Made by a program: the position numbers and the translations under genes. Source: an uncultured delta proteobacterium (GTDB lineage Bacteria; Desulfobacterota; Binatia; Binatales; Binataceae). From it: a DNA stretch of 64,000 nt. The stretch is from contig CAWKKB010000014.1 of assembly GCA_963850125.1 (NCBI GenBank), positions 97,284 to 161,283 on the forward strand. The letters are read 5' to 3'. Positions within the stretch are counted from its first letter, which is position 1. Each line of letters begins with the position of its first letter. Of this stretch, positions 47,142 to 54,518 are shown one piece after another. The notes under the pieces are model-generated. The model was not told where the DNA came from and made no database searches. It saw nothing but the letters and a program-made list of their open reading frames with translations.

Positions 47142-47178
47142 CCCCTTCCCGCGCGGGAAGGGGTTAGGGGTTAGGTTC
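47142..47178 (+). repeat. Family B hairpin + TTAGGGGTTAGGTT element
   Basis: ccccttcccGCGCgggaagggg followed by ttaggggttaggttc, 18 nt after the Cys-rich ORF stop. Confidence 0.65.
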
Positions 47179-47211
47179 ATCAATCTTCTGTCTCTTCTAC
47201 AGGGGTGAATC

Positions 47212-47589
47212 GTGAATCATCTGACGAAACTCGGACTGGGACTTCTCGTCGCGATCGGACTGGCTGGTATAACGCACTCGATGGTGGCGACGGCCGCCGA
47301 TGGCAGCGAGACGTCTGTCACCGGCAATCTCGAAGACGCCTACTGCTACGGCACGATGGGCGCGAAGGGCGCGGGCCACAAGCAGTGCGCGATCAAGTGC
47401 GCGTCCGCTGGAATTCCGGTGACACTCATCGAAAAGGGCACCGAGAAGTCCTACATCCTGCTGCCGAACAAAGACGCGTCGCCGCTTCCGGCTAGCGTGA
47501 TTTCGCGAATGGAAGACGAGGTGACAGTCACCGGCAAGGAATACAACAAGAACGGCACGGAATACATTGTAGTCGAATCCGTGAAGTAG
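47212..47589 (+). CDS. Secreted hypothetical protein with C-x(n)-H-x2-C-x3-C motif, 125 aa
   Basis: GTG start and signal LGLGLLVAIGLAGITHSMVATAADG. The motif is DAYCYGTMGAKGAGHKQCAIKCASAGIPVTLIEKG..KSYILLP. No family name recalled. Confidence 0.6.
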   Translation: MNHLTKLGLGLLVAIGLAGITHSMVATAADGSETSVTGNLEDAYCYGTMGAKGAGHKQCAIKCASAGIPVTLIEKGTEKSYILLPNKDASPLPASVISRMEDEVTVTGKEYNKNGTEYIVVESVK

Positions 47590-47607
47590 CCGCGGGCGAA
47601 AAGCGTC

Positions 47608-48090
47608 GTGCTAGAGCGCATCCTGCCGGGTGCATCGCAGCTACAGAACTACCATCCCCTGTTGGTGCATTTCCCAATTGCGTTCATCTACGGCGCATCG
47701 CTGCTGTACTTCCTCGCATGGATCAGCGCGAGCGAGCGCCTCCAATGGACCGCGCTCTGGATGCTGATATTAGCCGCACTAAGCGCGGCAGCAGCCTTAG
47801 CCAGCGGCTTCTACGCCGCCCCGGGCCTGATGGTCTCGCAATCAGTCCGCGACGAATTACTAAATCATCACAAGCATTTGATGGTAGCCGCGTCGATATT
47901 AACCGGCGCGCTGACAATCTGGGCACTAGCATCGCGCCCAATGCCAACCCGATTCCGCTACCTCTTCCTCGCCGGCTTGGTAGCACTGATGGGATTGATC
48001 GCCGTAGGTGCAGACCTGGGCGGCGAAATGGTCTTCGCCTACAACGCCGCCGGCTCCGCCTGCGCGCAACCGATAGATTTGAGGAAGTAG
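47608..48090 (+). CDS. DUF2231-family membrane protein
   Basis: YHPLLVHFPIAFIYGASLLYFLA and four or five helices with conserved His (HHKH) fit DUF2231. It starts 19 nt after the preceding gene. Confidence 0.7.
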   Translation: MLERILPGASQLQNYHPLLVHFPIAFIYGASLLYFLAWISASERLQWTALWMLILAALSAAAALASGFYAAPGLMVSQSVRDELLNHHKHLMVAASILTGALTIWALASRPMPTRFRYLFLAGLVALMGLIAVGADLGGEMVFAYNAAGSACAQPIDLRK

Positions 48091-48172
48091 GTCGTCCGTT
48101 TCTAGCCGCTTGCGTTGCTCGCTCCGTCAGGATGACATATGTCGAGGCGAGGTCGCCGCAGGGCTCTTCTCG

Positions 48173-48418
48173 CTACTCAAGCGTCAATCTTTTCCTGAAC
48201 CTTCGATTCCTCTTCAAATGCCATTCGCGGCTCATCGCCTCCTCCCGTGAGTCGTGCCGTTCCGTATACAACAAAAACCAGACTCGTCCCCGCGTCGATC
48301 GCGCGCCCGTCCCCGCATTGTGCCTTGCGATGCGTTGTTCGAGATCGTTGGTCCATCCGACGTACGTTCGATATCCGTCAGAGCCGCAACTACCGAGCAC
48401 GTAAACGAAGCACCCCAT
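48173..48418 (-). CDS. GIY-YIG nuclease-domain small protein
   Basis: From Met 48418: MGCFVYVLGSCGSDGYRTYVGWTNDLEQRIARHNAG.....TRGRVWFLLYTERHDSREEAMSREWHLKR. Confidence 0.8.
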   Translation of the reverse strand: MGCFVYVLGSCGSDGYRTYVGWTNDLEQRIARHNAGTGARSTRGRVWFLLYTERHDSREEAMSREWHLKRNRRFRKRLTLE

Positions 48419-48547
48419 CTTGTTTTCCTCTCCAAATGGAAGAGGAGCCGCGGACACCCTGACGGACGAAAATGGTACATCTGTTACGCACGCCATCGAG
48501 TCACCGCCCCTGAGAGCAAAGTAGCGCGCCGCGCGCAACTTTGCGCT

Positions 48548-48600
48548 TCTCACTGGGTGCAGGGGTCACCCCTGCCGCCCGCCGCGCAGGCGATTAGGTT
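48548..48600 (+). repeat. Partial family A repeat (first hairpin) with family B-like tail
   Basis: tctcactgggtgcaggggtcacccctgcc, then gcgattaggttccc instead of the second hairpin. Confidence 0.45.
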
Positions 48601-48660
48601 CCCAGCCGCGTGCCGTTTCGACTATGTTCGATCTGAAGTAACGACATCGGGGAGAATTCT

Positions 48661-49473
48661 ATGGGAACTGCCAACGGCCGCAAATCGATCTTCATCACCG
48701 GCGCCGCATCCGGGATGGGCCGCGAGACCGCGCGCCTGTTCCGCGAGAAAGGATGGTTCATCGGAGGCTACGACGTTAACGCCGACGGACTGCGCGCGCT
48801 CGAAGAGGAACTGGGCGCCGACAACTGCGTCGTGCGGCGGCTCGACGTCACCGATAAGGCCGACTACGAGAAAGCGCTCGCGGAATTCGGCACCGCCACC
48901 GGCGGCAAGATGGACATCCTGTATAACAATGCCGGCATCGGCGTCGGCGGCTTCTTCGATGAGCAGCCGTTCGAGGATATCCTGCGGGTAGTGCGCGTGA
49001 ACTTTATCGGCGTGCTCAACGGGATTCATTCCGCGATCGGCCTGCTCAAGGCAACGCCGGGATCGCTCTGCTTCACCACGTCGTCCTCGTCCGCAACCTA
49101 CGGGATGCCGGGAATCGCCGTGTACTCCGCCACCAAGCACGCGGTGAAGGGATTGACCGAGGCGCTGTCGATCGAGTTCCGCCGCTATGGCGTGCGCGCC
49201 GCCGACACTCTGCCCGGTCTGATCGACACCGCGATATTGCCGGAGGGAACCGCCGAGCGCGCACCGAAGGAAGGAATGTTCCGGCTGATTCAGCCGATAG
49301 AAGTCGCCAAGATTGTGTGGGAGGCCTACAACTCCGACAAGCTGCATTGGTACGTACCCGAAGAAATTGGCGACCTGGATAAAGCTGCGGGAAACAACCC
49401 CGAACAGATGCGCGAACAGATCGTACAGATGATGGCGTTCGTCGATACGCAAAATGCGGGCGCGAAGAAGTAG
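48661..49473 (+). CDS. SDR-family oxidoreductase
   Basis: IFITGAASGMGRETA, NNAGIG, YSATKHAVKGL. Confidence 0.9.
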   Translation: MGTANGRKSIFITGAASGMGRETARLFREKGWFIGGYDVNADGLRALEEELGADNCVVRRLDVTDKADYEKALAEFGTATGGKMDILYNNAGIGVGGFFDEQPFEDILRVVRVNFIGVLNGIHSAIGLLKATPGSLCFTTSSSSATYGMPGIAVYSATKHAVKGLTEALSIEFRRYGVRAADTLPGLIDTAILPEGTAERAPKEGMFRLIQPIEVAKIVWEAYNSDKLHWYVPEEIGDLDKAAGNNPEQMREQIVQMMAFVDTQNAGAKK

Positions 49474-49489
49474 CCAGGGAGCAGGACAA

Positions 49490-50314
49490 ATGGCCAGCGG
49501 ACATATTTTGAAGGAAGTCAAAGACGGCGTCGCGACGATCACGCTGAATCGGCCGGAGAAACTGAACGCATTCTCGGGCACGATGGCTGCCGACCTTTAC
49601 GCGTCGTTCGCCGAGTACGACAAGGACGACGATGTGCGCGTGATCGTCGTTACCGGCGCGGGGCGCGCGTTCAGCGCGGGCGCGGATCTCTCGGGCGGCG
49701 GCAATACGTTCGACGCCGACGCGCGTGCGGAGCGTCGCGATCGGCCGGCGCTGGCGATTCGCCCGTGGAACGTGCGCAAACCGATCATCGCGGCGATCAA
49801 TGGGCCGGCGGTCGGGATGGGAATCACGTTGCCGATGCAATGGGATATCCGGGTCGCGGCCGAAAGCGCGCGAATCGGATTCGTGTTCGTGCGCCGCGGC
49901 GTAGTTCCGGAAGCGCTCAGCCTGTGGACCGTCCCGCGAATGATCGGCGTGGCGAAGGCCAACGAACTGCTGATGACCGGACGCATTATCACCGCGCGCG
50001 AGGCGCTCGAGTTTGGAATCGTGAGTCACGTGTGGCCCGATGCGGAGTTCATGCCGAAAGTGCGCGAGATGGCGCGCGATATCGCGGATAACACCGCGCC
50101 GGTGTCGGTCGCCATTACCAAGCGAATGATTTACGCGCTGCTCGCCGAACCGGAGGCCGAGAAAGCGCAGCAGGAAGATACTCGAGCATTCGTGTGGGCG
50201 GGCAAGCAGCCCGACGCGTACGAGGGCGTCAGCGCGTTCGTCGAGAAGCGCAAGCCCAAATGGAAGATGAAGCCGTCGAAGGATGTCCCCGAATTCATCC
50301 CGACGATCAAGTGA
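49490..50314 (+). CDS. Enoyl-CoA hydratase/isomerase (crotonase) family
   Basis: From ATG 49490: VATITLNRPEKLNAF, VIVVTGAGRAFSAGADL, PIIAAINGPAVGMG. agggagcagg lies upstream. Confidence 0.9.
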   Translation: MASGHILKEVKDGVATITLNRPEKLNAFSGTMAADLYASFAEYDKDDDVRVIVVTGAGRAFSAGADLSGGGNTFDADARAERRDRPALAIRPWNVRKPIIAAINGPAVGMGITLPMQWDIRVAAESARIGFVFVRRGVVPEALSLWTVPRMIGVAKANELLMTGRIITAREALEFGIVSHVWPDAEFMPKVREMARDIADNTAPVSVAITKRMIYALLAEPEAEKAQQEDTRAFVWAGKQPDAYEGVSAFVEKRKPKWKMKPSKDVPEFIPTIK

Positions 50315-51183
50315 CCGAGCCGGCGGCAGTCAGCCTGGACGCGTCTGCGATCCCGACCGCGGCATCTCGCGCGGCGCGGCGTCGCGAGTCGGCGATTCTC
50401 GCAGCGCTCGCGATCGCAGGGGCGGCGATCGAGTATCCGCTCGCGTTCGCACTCAAATCGCTCGACCGATCGGAACTCGTGCGCGCGTCGCCGTTCCTCG
50501 GCGTCACTATTGTACTTGCCGCCCTGATACCGTTGTCGATTCGACTCAGCAGCGAGCTCGGATTGCCTGGTGCGCCGTTGATCGCGGCGAAGTGCGCGGG
50601 AGAGAAACTGCACTTCTCGATTCGCAGCCTCCTCCGCGTCTCGATCGGCTACGCATTCCTCGCGGCGGTCGCGGGCGCGAGCGTGCTGGTGCTCGTGATC
50701 GTACCGCTGGTGCTGATACAGCACGGTGGCGCCGGCCTCAAGTTGCCGAATACGCCGATACTTACGGTCGCGCCCGGCCGGATCGCATTCGTAGGAGCGT
50801 CGGTCGCAATCGCGGCAGCAGTCAGCGAGGAAATCCAGTTTCGATTTGTGCTCTATGCGATCCTCGGATGGTTCGCGAGCCTGGTGTCGCACGATTCGCG
50901 GGGCCATCCGGGACGCCGCGCGCTGTGGGTTGTGACTATTGTGCAGGGGTACCTGTTCGGATTGATTCACCTGGCGCCCCTGGCGGGGACGCTGTTTCAT
51001 AGCACACCGAAACTTCTGCTCGGTGCGCTGGCGATGCCGCAGACGTGGGAGGGTGTAGTGTTCGGACGTCTTTACTTGAGGCGCGGACTGGAGGCGTCGA
51101 TCATAGCGCACGCGTCGATGGACGTTGCGCTGTTCGCGTTGGCGGCAATCGGAGTGTTGCGATCTCATCCAGGCTCGGGATGA
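50311..51183 (+). CDS. CPBP (CAAX) family intramembrane metalloprotease
   Basis: GTG 50311 overlaps the previous stop (GTGA). Motifs: AAAVSEEIQFRFVLY (EExxxR), FGLIHL, HASMDVALF. Confidence 0.8.
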   Translation: MTEPAAVSLDASAIPTAASRAARRRESAILAALAIAGAAIEYPLAFALKSLDRSELVRASPFLGVTIVLAALIPLSIRLSSELGLPGAPLIAAKCAGEKLHFSIRSLLRVSIGYAFLAAVAGASVLVLVIVPLVLIQHGGAGLKLPNTPILTVAPGRIAFVGASVAIAAAVSEEIQFRFVLYAILGWFASLVSHDSRGHPGRRALWVVTIVQGYLFGLIHLAPLAGTLFHSTPKLLLGALAMPQTWEGVVFGRLYLRRGLEASIIAHASMDVALFALAAIGVLRSHPGSG

Positions 51184-51211
51184 ACGCGCGCGCACAAAGG
51201 AGAAATCAGCG

Positions 51212-51871
51212 ATGGCGGAAATGGGAATCTATGAAACGATGCGCACGCTGCGCGCCGTCCGGCGCCTGCGGCCCGACCCGATACCCGACGATGTGCTGCA
51301 TCTCGTGCTCGAAGCGGCAACTTGGGCGCCGACCGGCGGAAACGTCCAGCCGTGGAGGATAGTCGTCGTGAAAGATCGCGCGCTCAAAGAGCCGCTCGGC
51401 AAGCTCTACAACGAGCGATGGATCGCGTACTCGAAGCAGTATCGCGGTGCGATTCCCGCGAGCGCACCAGCGGAAGTGCGTGCGCGGGCCGGACGCACGC
51501 TGGCGGCGGGCGATTACCTGGGCGCGCATTTTGGCGAGACGCCGGTGATCGCGATGTTCTGCTTCAATCCGAAAAACATGGCTATCACGGACGCGAAGCA
51601 GGAGCGCGTCTCGGTGGTCGGCGGCGGATCGGTCTATACCGCGGTCGAGAACCTGTTGCTCGCATGCCGCGCAGAAGGACTCGGCTGCGTGCTGACGACG
51701 CTGCTATGCGAATGCGAGCCTGAAGTGCGCAAGCTTCTGGCGATACCCGACCCGTGGTACACCGCGGCGGCGATTCCGATCGGATATCCAGTCGGCCGCG
51801 GGCACGGGCCGCTGATCCGCCGTCCAGTCGAGCAGCTCGCCTACCTGGACACCTGGGGCAAGCAAATTTGA
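51212..51871 (+). CDS. Nitroreductase family protein
   Basis: From ATG 51212 (aaaggagaaa upstream): MRTLRAVRRLRPDPIPDDVLHLVLEAATWAPTGGNVQPWRIVVV. Confidence 0.9.
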   Translation: MAEMGIYETMRTLRAVRRLRPDPIPDDVLHLVLEAATWAPTGGNVQPWRIVVVKDRALKEPLGKLYNERWIAYSKQYRGAIPASAPAEVRARAGRTLAAGDYLGAHFGETPVIAMFCFNPKNMAITDAKQERVSVVGGGSVYTAVENLLLACRAEGLGCVLTTLLCECEPEVRKLLAIPDPWYTAAAIPIGYPVGRGHGPLIRRPVEQLAYLDTWGKQI

Positions 51872-52348
51872 TTCGGGGTCCAACAGCGCGCGGAAAACGA
51901 TTTGTGGGCGTATTGGTCGATGACGCAGTCTGATTCGAACCGCTCTCCGGGCCGGAAAATCGTACCCACGCAGGAATTTGCGCGTTTCGGCGAAGACTCC
52001 GCGACGAAAATCCGTTGGTAGATCTTCGCGGATAATTACTTCTCCGCGAAGAATGCCGTGAGTCTTCGTATTGCCGGCGCGCTGATAGCCGCCTGGCTTG
52101 TAGTGCGTGTTCATGTAGGTCGCCATCGTCTCGATGATCTGATCGAGGTAGTCCTCTTCGCCGGGCATTAGCTTTTCCTCGGCAAGCCGCAATCCCTCAT
52201 CATGGCGCTGAAGGTTGATCAAAGCCCGGATGACAGCGGCCATAGGTTCTCGAAGGACCGCGTCGAAGGCCGGACGAAAGAAGGGGTCGAAACGACGTTC
52301 GAAGTGCAATAGTGCGACGATTATACGGTTCAACGCGTCTTTTGGCAT
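51872..52348 (-). pseudogene. Remnant of a catalase-related (y4iL-like) haem protein: N-terminal about 150 aa, frameshifted and truncated
   Basis: YQRAGNTKTHGILRGEVIIREDLPTDFRRGVFAETRKF, then in the +1 frame PAWVRFSGPESG (my translation). The frame is lost near 51975 and the homology stops at the nitroreductase stop. The track ORF tail is antisense to that gene. Confidence 0.5.
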
Positions 52349-52378
52349 CGCAAGAAATCCTTCTTCGTGAGCATGCGA

Positions 52379-53404
52379 TCAGCTGCTCGGCCAAGGTCCT
52401 GCGTCAGGACAAACAATTTGCTGGGCGGCCAGCGGAACGGAGCCCTGCTTTCTGTCGTTGCAGGCTGAGGCTTCATCATGGTGGCCCGCGGCCTCCCGCT
52501 CGATATCGGTAAGCATGCATTGGTACGTGGGATCGTTCTTGAGGAGGACACAGCCCATGTTGATCAAGGCCTTCACCTGGTCAGAAGGCAGGTCGAAGTT
52601 AGTGTCGATACTGTAGAACTCCTGGCGCATTCCTGGATCGGGAATCGCCTCGAAGCTCAGCTCGATCACGTAGGGCACAGGGGCATGTAATTTCAGTTTT
52701 CCTCCCGATTGAGCGCTGACCGCTTCGGCCTGCTTCAGATCGTTCGCCAAACGATCGGCGAAATCGACAGTATCATAGCTGTAGTTGTCCATCGCGATCG
52801 TTGCTGTAGCCATCGCCACCGATGGCATGATATGCGGTGTATGATGGTTATCGCTGATCGTATCGCTCGATTCTGTTCTTGCATTCACGGCGATGACTAC
52901 CAGCCGAGCAATGTCAGGAATGTTGCGGCTGATGAATCCGTTGCTTTGCTCGTAGGCGTTGATGATTGGCCTTAGTCCGATATTGTCAGCAAGACCACCG
53001 TCCATAAGATGAACGTAAGGATGCGGCTTATCGACGTAGCTAAGCTGGCTCTGCGCCCAGTAGTACCGGCTGCGATTGTTGTAGTAGTCCTTTAAGCCGG
53101 TTTGATACTCCATCAAGGTAGGAAAGCCTTGCAGAGCGTATGCCTGGCGTTCTCTGGGGGCGGCACCCGGGCTGCTGCGCTTGCATACGGTGCTATAGTG
53201 GCCTTACGAAGAGTTTGTTCTCTTCCTTACCGCCCGCCAGTTTTTCGAACCTATAGCCCTGACCATCGCCACCCGCGGAGGGAAACTGGTCTGTACGCAA
53301 TTGAGTAGTCGTTGTAGCGCATGAAATCGCGGCTATCGATACGCCCAGCGAAGCGATTCGGACGATGCTGGAGCGCCAGCGCAGGATGCGCCCTCGCCGC
53401 AGTC
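52379..53404 (-). pseudogene. Patatin-like phospholipase, scrambled: signal peptide and Asp-motif half on the minus strand, GGGxR motif on the plus strand, GxSxG region missing
   Basis: Minus strand carries HLMDGGLADNIGLRP (about 53000). Minus frame 2 carries RRGRILRWRSSIVRIASLGVSIAAISC (about 53395-53310). Plus strand 53144-53197 encodes LAFSGGGTRAAALAYGAI. See finding. Confidence 0.6.
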
Positions 53405-53729
53405 ATGATGGAATCTTGGTGAAAATGATTTCGTAGGGCTCGATTACGGTCGTGTCCTCCAACACGATACCTATTCCCGCAGGGGTGAAGTTCGCAGGTG
53501 ATTCGAGCGCGGTGGTATAAGTACCCGCTTCCAACATCAAAAGCCGGTTAGTTCTCCAAGCTCCCGGCGCTGAATTGACTATCACGCCGCGATCTTCTTC
53601 GAACGTCACGAGCAAGAATTCCACGCCAGGTCTCCTATGGGGTTCCCATGAGACCCAGCGCCTGCAAATCCCGACCCATGGACCGACGAATTCGATCCTA
53701 AGCTGGAAACAACGGCCGCCTGCGCGCAA
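53403..53729 (-). CDS. Hypothetical small beta-rich protein (108 aa; may start at GTG 53624)
   Basis: VEFLLVTFEEDRGVIVNSAPGAWRTNRLLMLEAGTYTTALESPANFTPAGIGIVLEDTTVIEPYEIIF. The Trp/Arg-rich N-terminal 35 aa look non-coding. Confidence 0.4.
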   Translation of the reverse strand: MRAGGRCFQLRIEFVGPWVGICRRWVSWEPHRRPGVEFLLVTFEEDRGVIVNSAPGAWRTNRLLMLEAGTYTTALESPANFTPAGIGIVLEDTTVIEPYEIIFTKIPS

Positions 53730-53734
53730 TCATC

Positions 53735-54217
53735 CTAGCCAGACTGGAGCATTTGCCATACTGCGGCGAAAGCCTGCTGGACGACCGCGGTGTCGCTTTG
53801 ATCGCATTGCACATTAACTGTGGCGTCGTGCGACAAATCTCCCGAGTATGATCTGCCGTCGGAGTAAGCCACCGTGAGTCCTGCACCGCAAAGCGCGTCG
53901 GCAGCCGGATCCGCCATTTGGAGGTACTTCTGATTTTCCGGGCCTACTGCGATAGTCACGATATTAGTCTTCGGCGGAATTTCAGGATCAGCCACCCTCT
54001 CGATCGTGTCGAATCCAGCACCTACGAATCCCGCCCTTACCCGCGGAGCATTGGCCAGGTCGCACATGACTTCCAGCGAACCTCCATCAGCTACATCGCC
54101 GCGCGATGGGAGGTCCCCCGGAAAGGGCTGCGTTAGGCCGGCGCCGCATATTGCGGTGGCCGCAATCCCGGCGAGTTGGAGATCCTGTTCCTTGCTGGGG
54201 ATTATCGTGAGAATCAT
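53735..54217 (-). CDS. Hypothetical protein, 160 aa, internal duplication of a Cys-bracketed module
   Basis: AICGAGLTQPFPGDLPSRGDVADGGSLEVMCD and ALCGAGLTVAYSDGRSYSGDLSHDATVNVQCD. No signal peptide, and no in-frame alternative start upstream. Confidence 0.5.
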   Translation of the reverse strand: MILTIIPSKEQDLQLAGIAATAICGAGLTQPFPGDLPSRGDVADGGSLEVMCDLANAPRVRAGFVGAGFDTIERVADPEIPPKTNIVTIAVGPENQKYLQMADPAADALCGAGLTVAYSDGRSYSGDLSHDATVNVQCDQSDTAVVQQAFAAVWQMLQSG

Positions 54218-54325
54218 TGCGGCACCTCTTCTGTGCTCTGTACGACCTAGCGCCGAGTCCCGTATTTTCAGGATAACGCAGTATCAAATCGGCCGACGAG
54301 CGACAAATCGAACCATTCGCTATGC

Positions 54326-54517
54326 TTAGTCTGCAGCTCCTATGCCGTAGCGTTTTTCAGCGGGGATAGGACCAGTTCCCTTAATTGCCCGACGATCGCA
54401 CTGACAAGAAAGGCTCATTGCAAGGGACGTGAAGATTAGACCGATCGCTAGGTTCAATGTGGTACTATTTGACATTGCCGCGCCAACTAGCAGATCGGCC
54501 GTTTTTGCGTCGTCCAT
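54326..54517 (-). CDS. Small single-TM protein, 63 aa
   Basis: ATG 54517 lies 1 nt after the stop of the 1123-aa gene: MDDAKTADLLVGAAMSNSTTLNLAIGLIFTSLAMSLSCQC. Confidence 0.4.
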   Translation of the reverse strand: MDDAKTADLLVGAAMSNSTTLNLAIGLIFTSLAMSLSCQCDRRAIKGTGPIPAEKRYGIGAAD

Positions 54518-54518
54518 C

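Noticed and set aside
47160-47178. TTAGGGGTTAGG resembles a telomeric TTAGGG repeat.
   Set aside because: There are only two imperfect units, always attached to a hairpin at bacterial gene ends. This is a family B repeat, not a telomere.
51925-51955. GGTTCGAATC on the minus strand, resembling a tRNA T-arm.
   Set aside because: The flanking bases do not form the T-stem or an acceptor stem, and it lies inside the catalase-related remnant. I recognised no tRNA or rRNA anywhere in the window.
53102-53308. Plus-strand ORF 53102..53308 as a genuine small gene.
   Set aside because: Only its central 18-30 residues are meaningful (patatin GGGxR motif) and the rest is unrelated. I interpret it as an inverted fragment of the patatin pseudogene.
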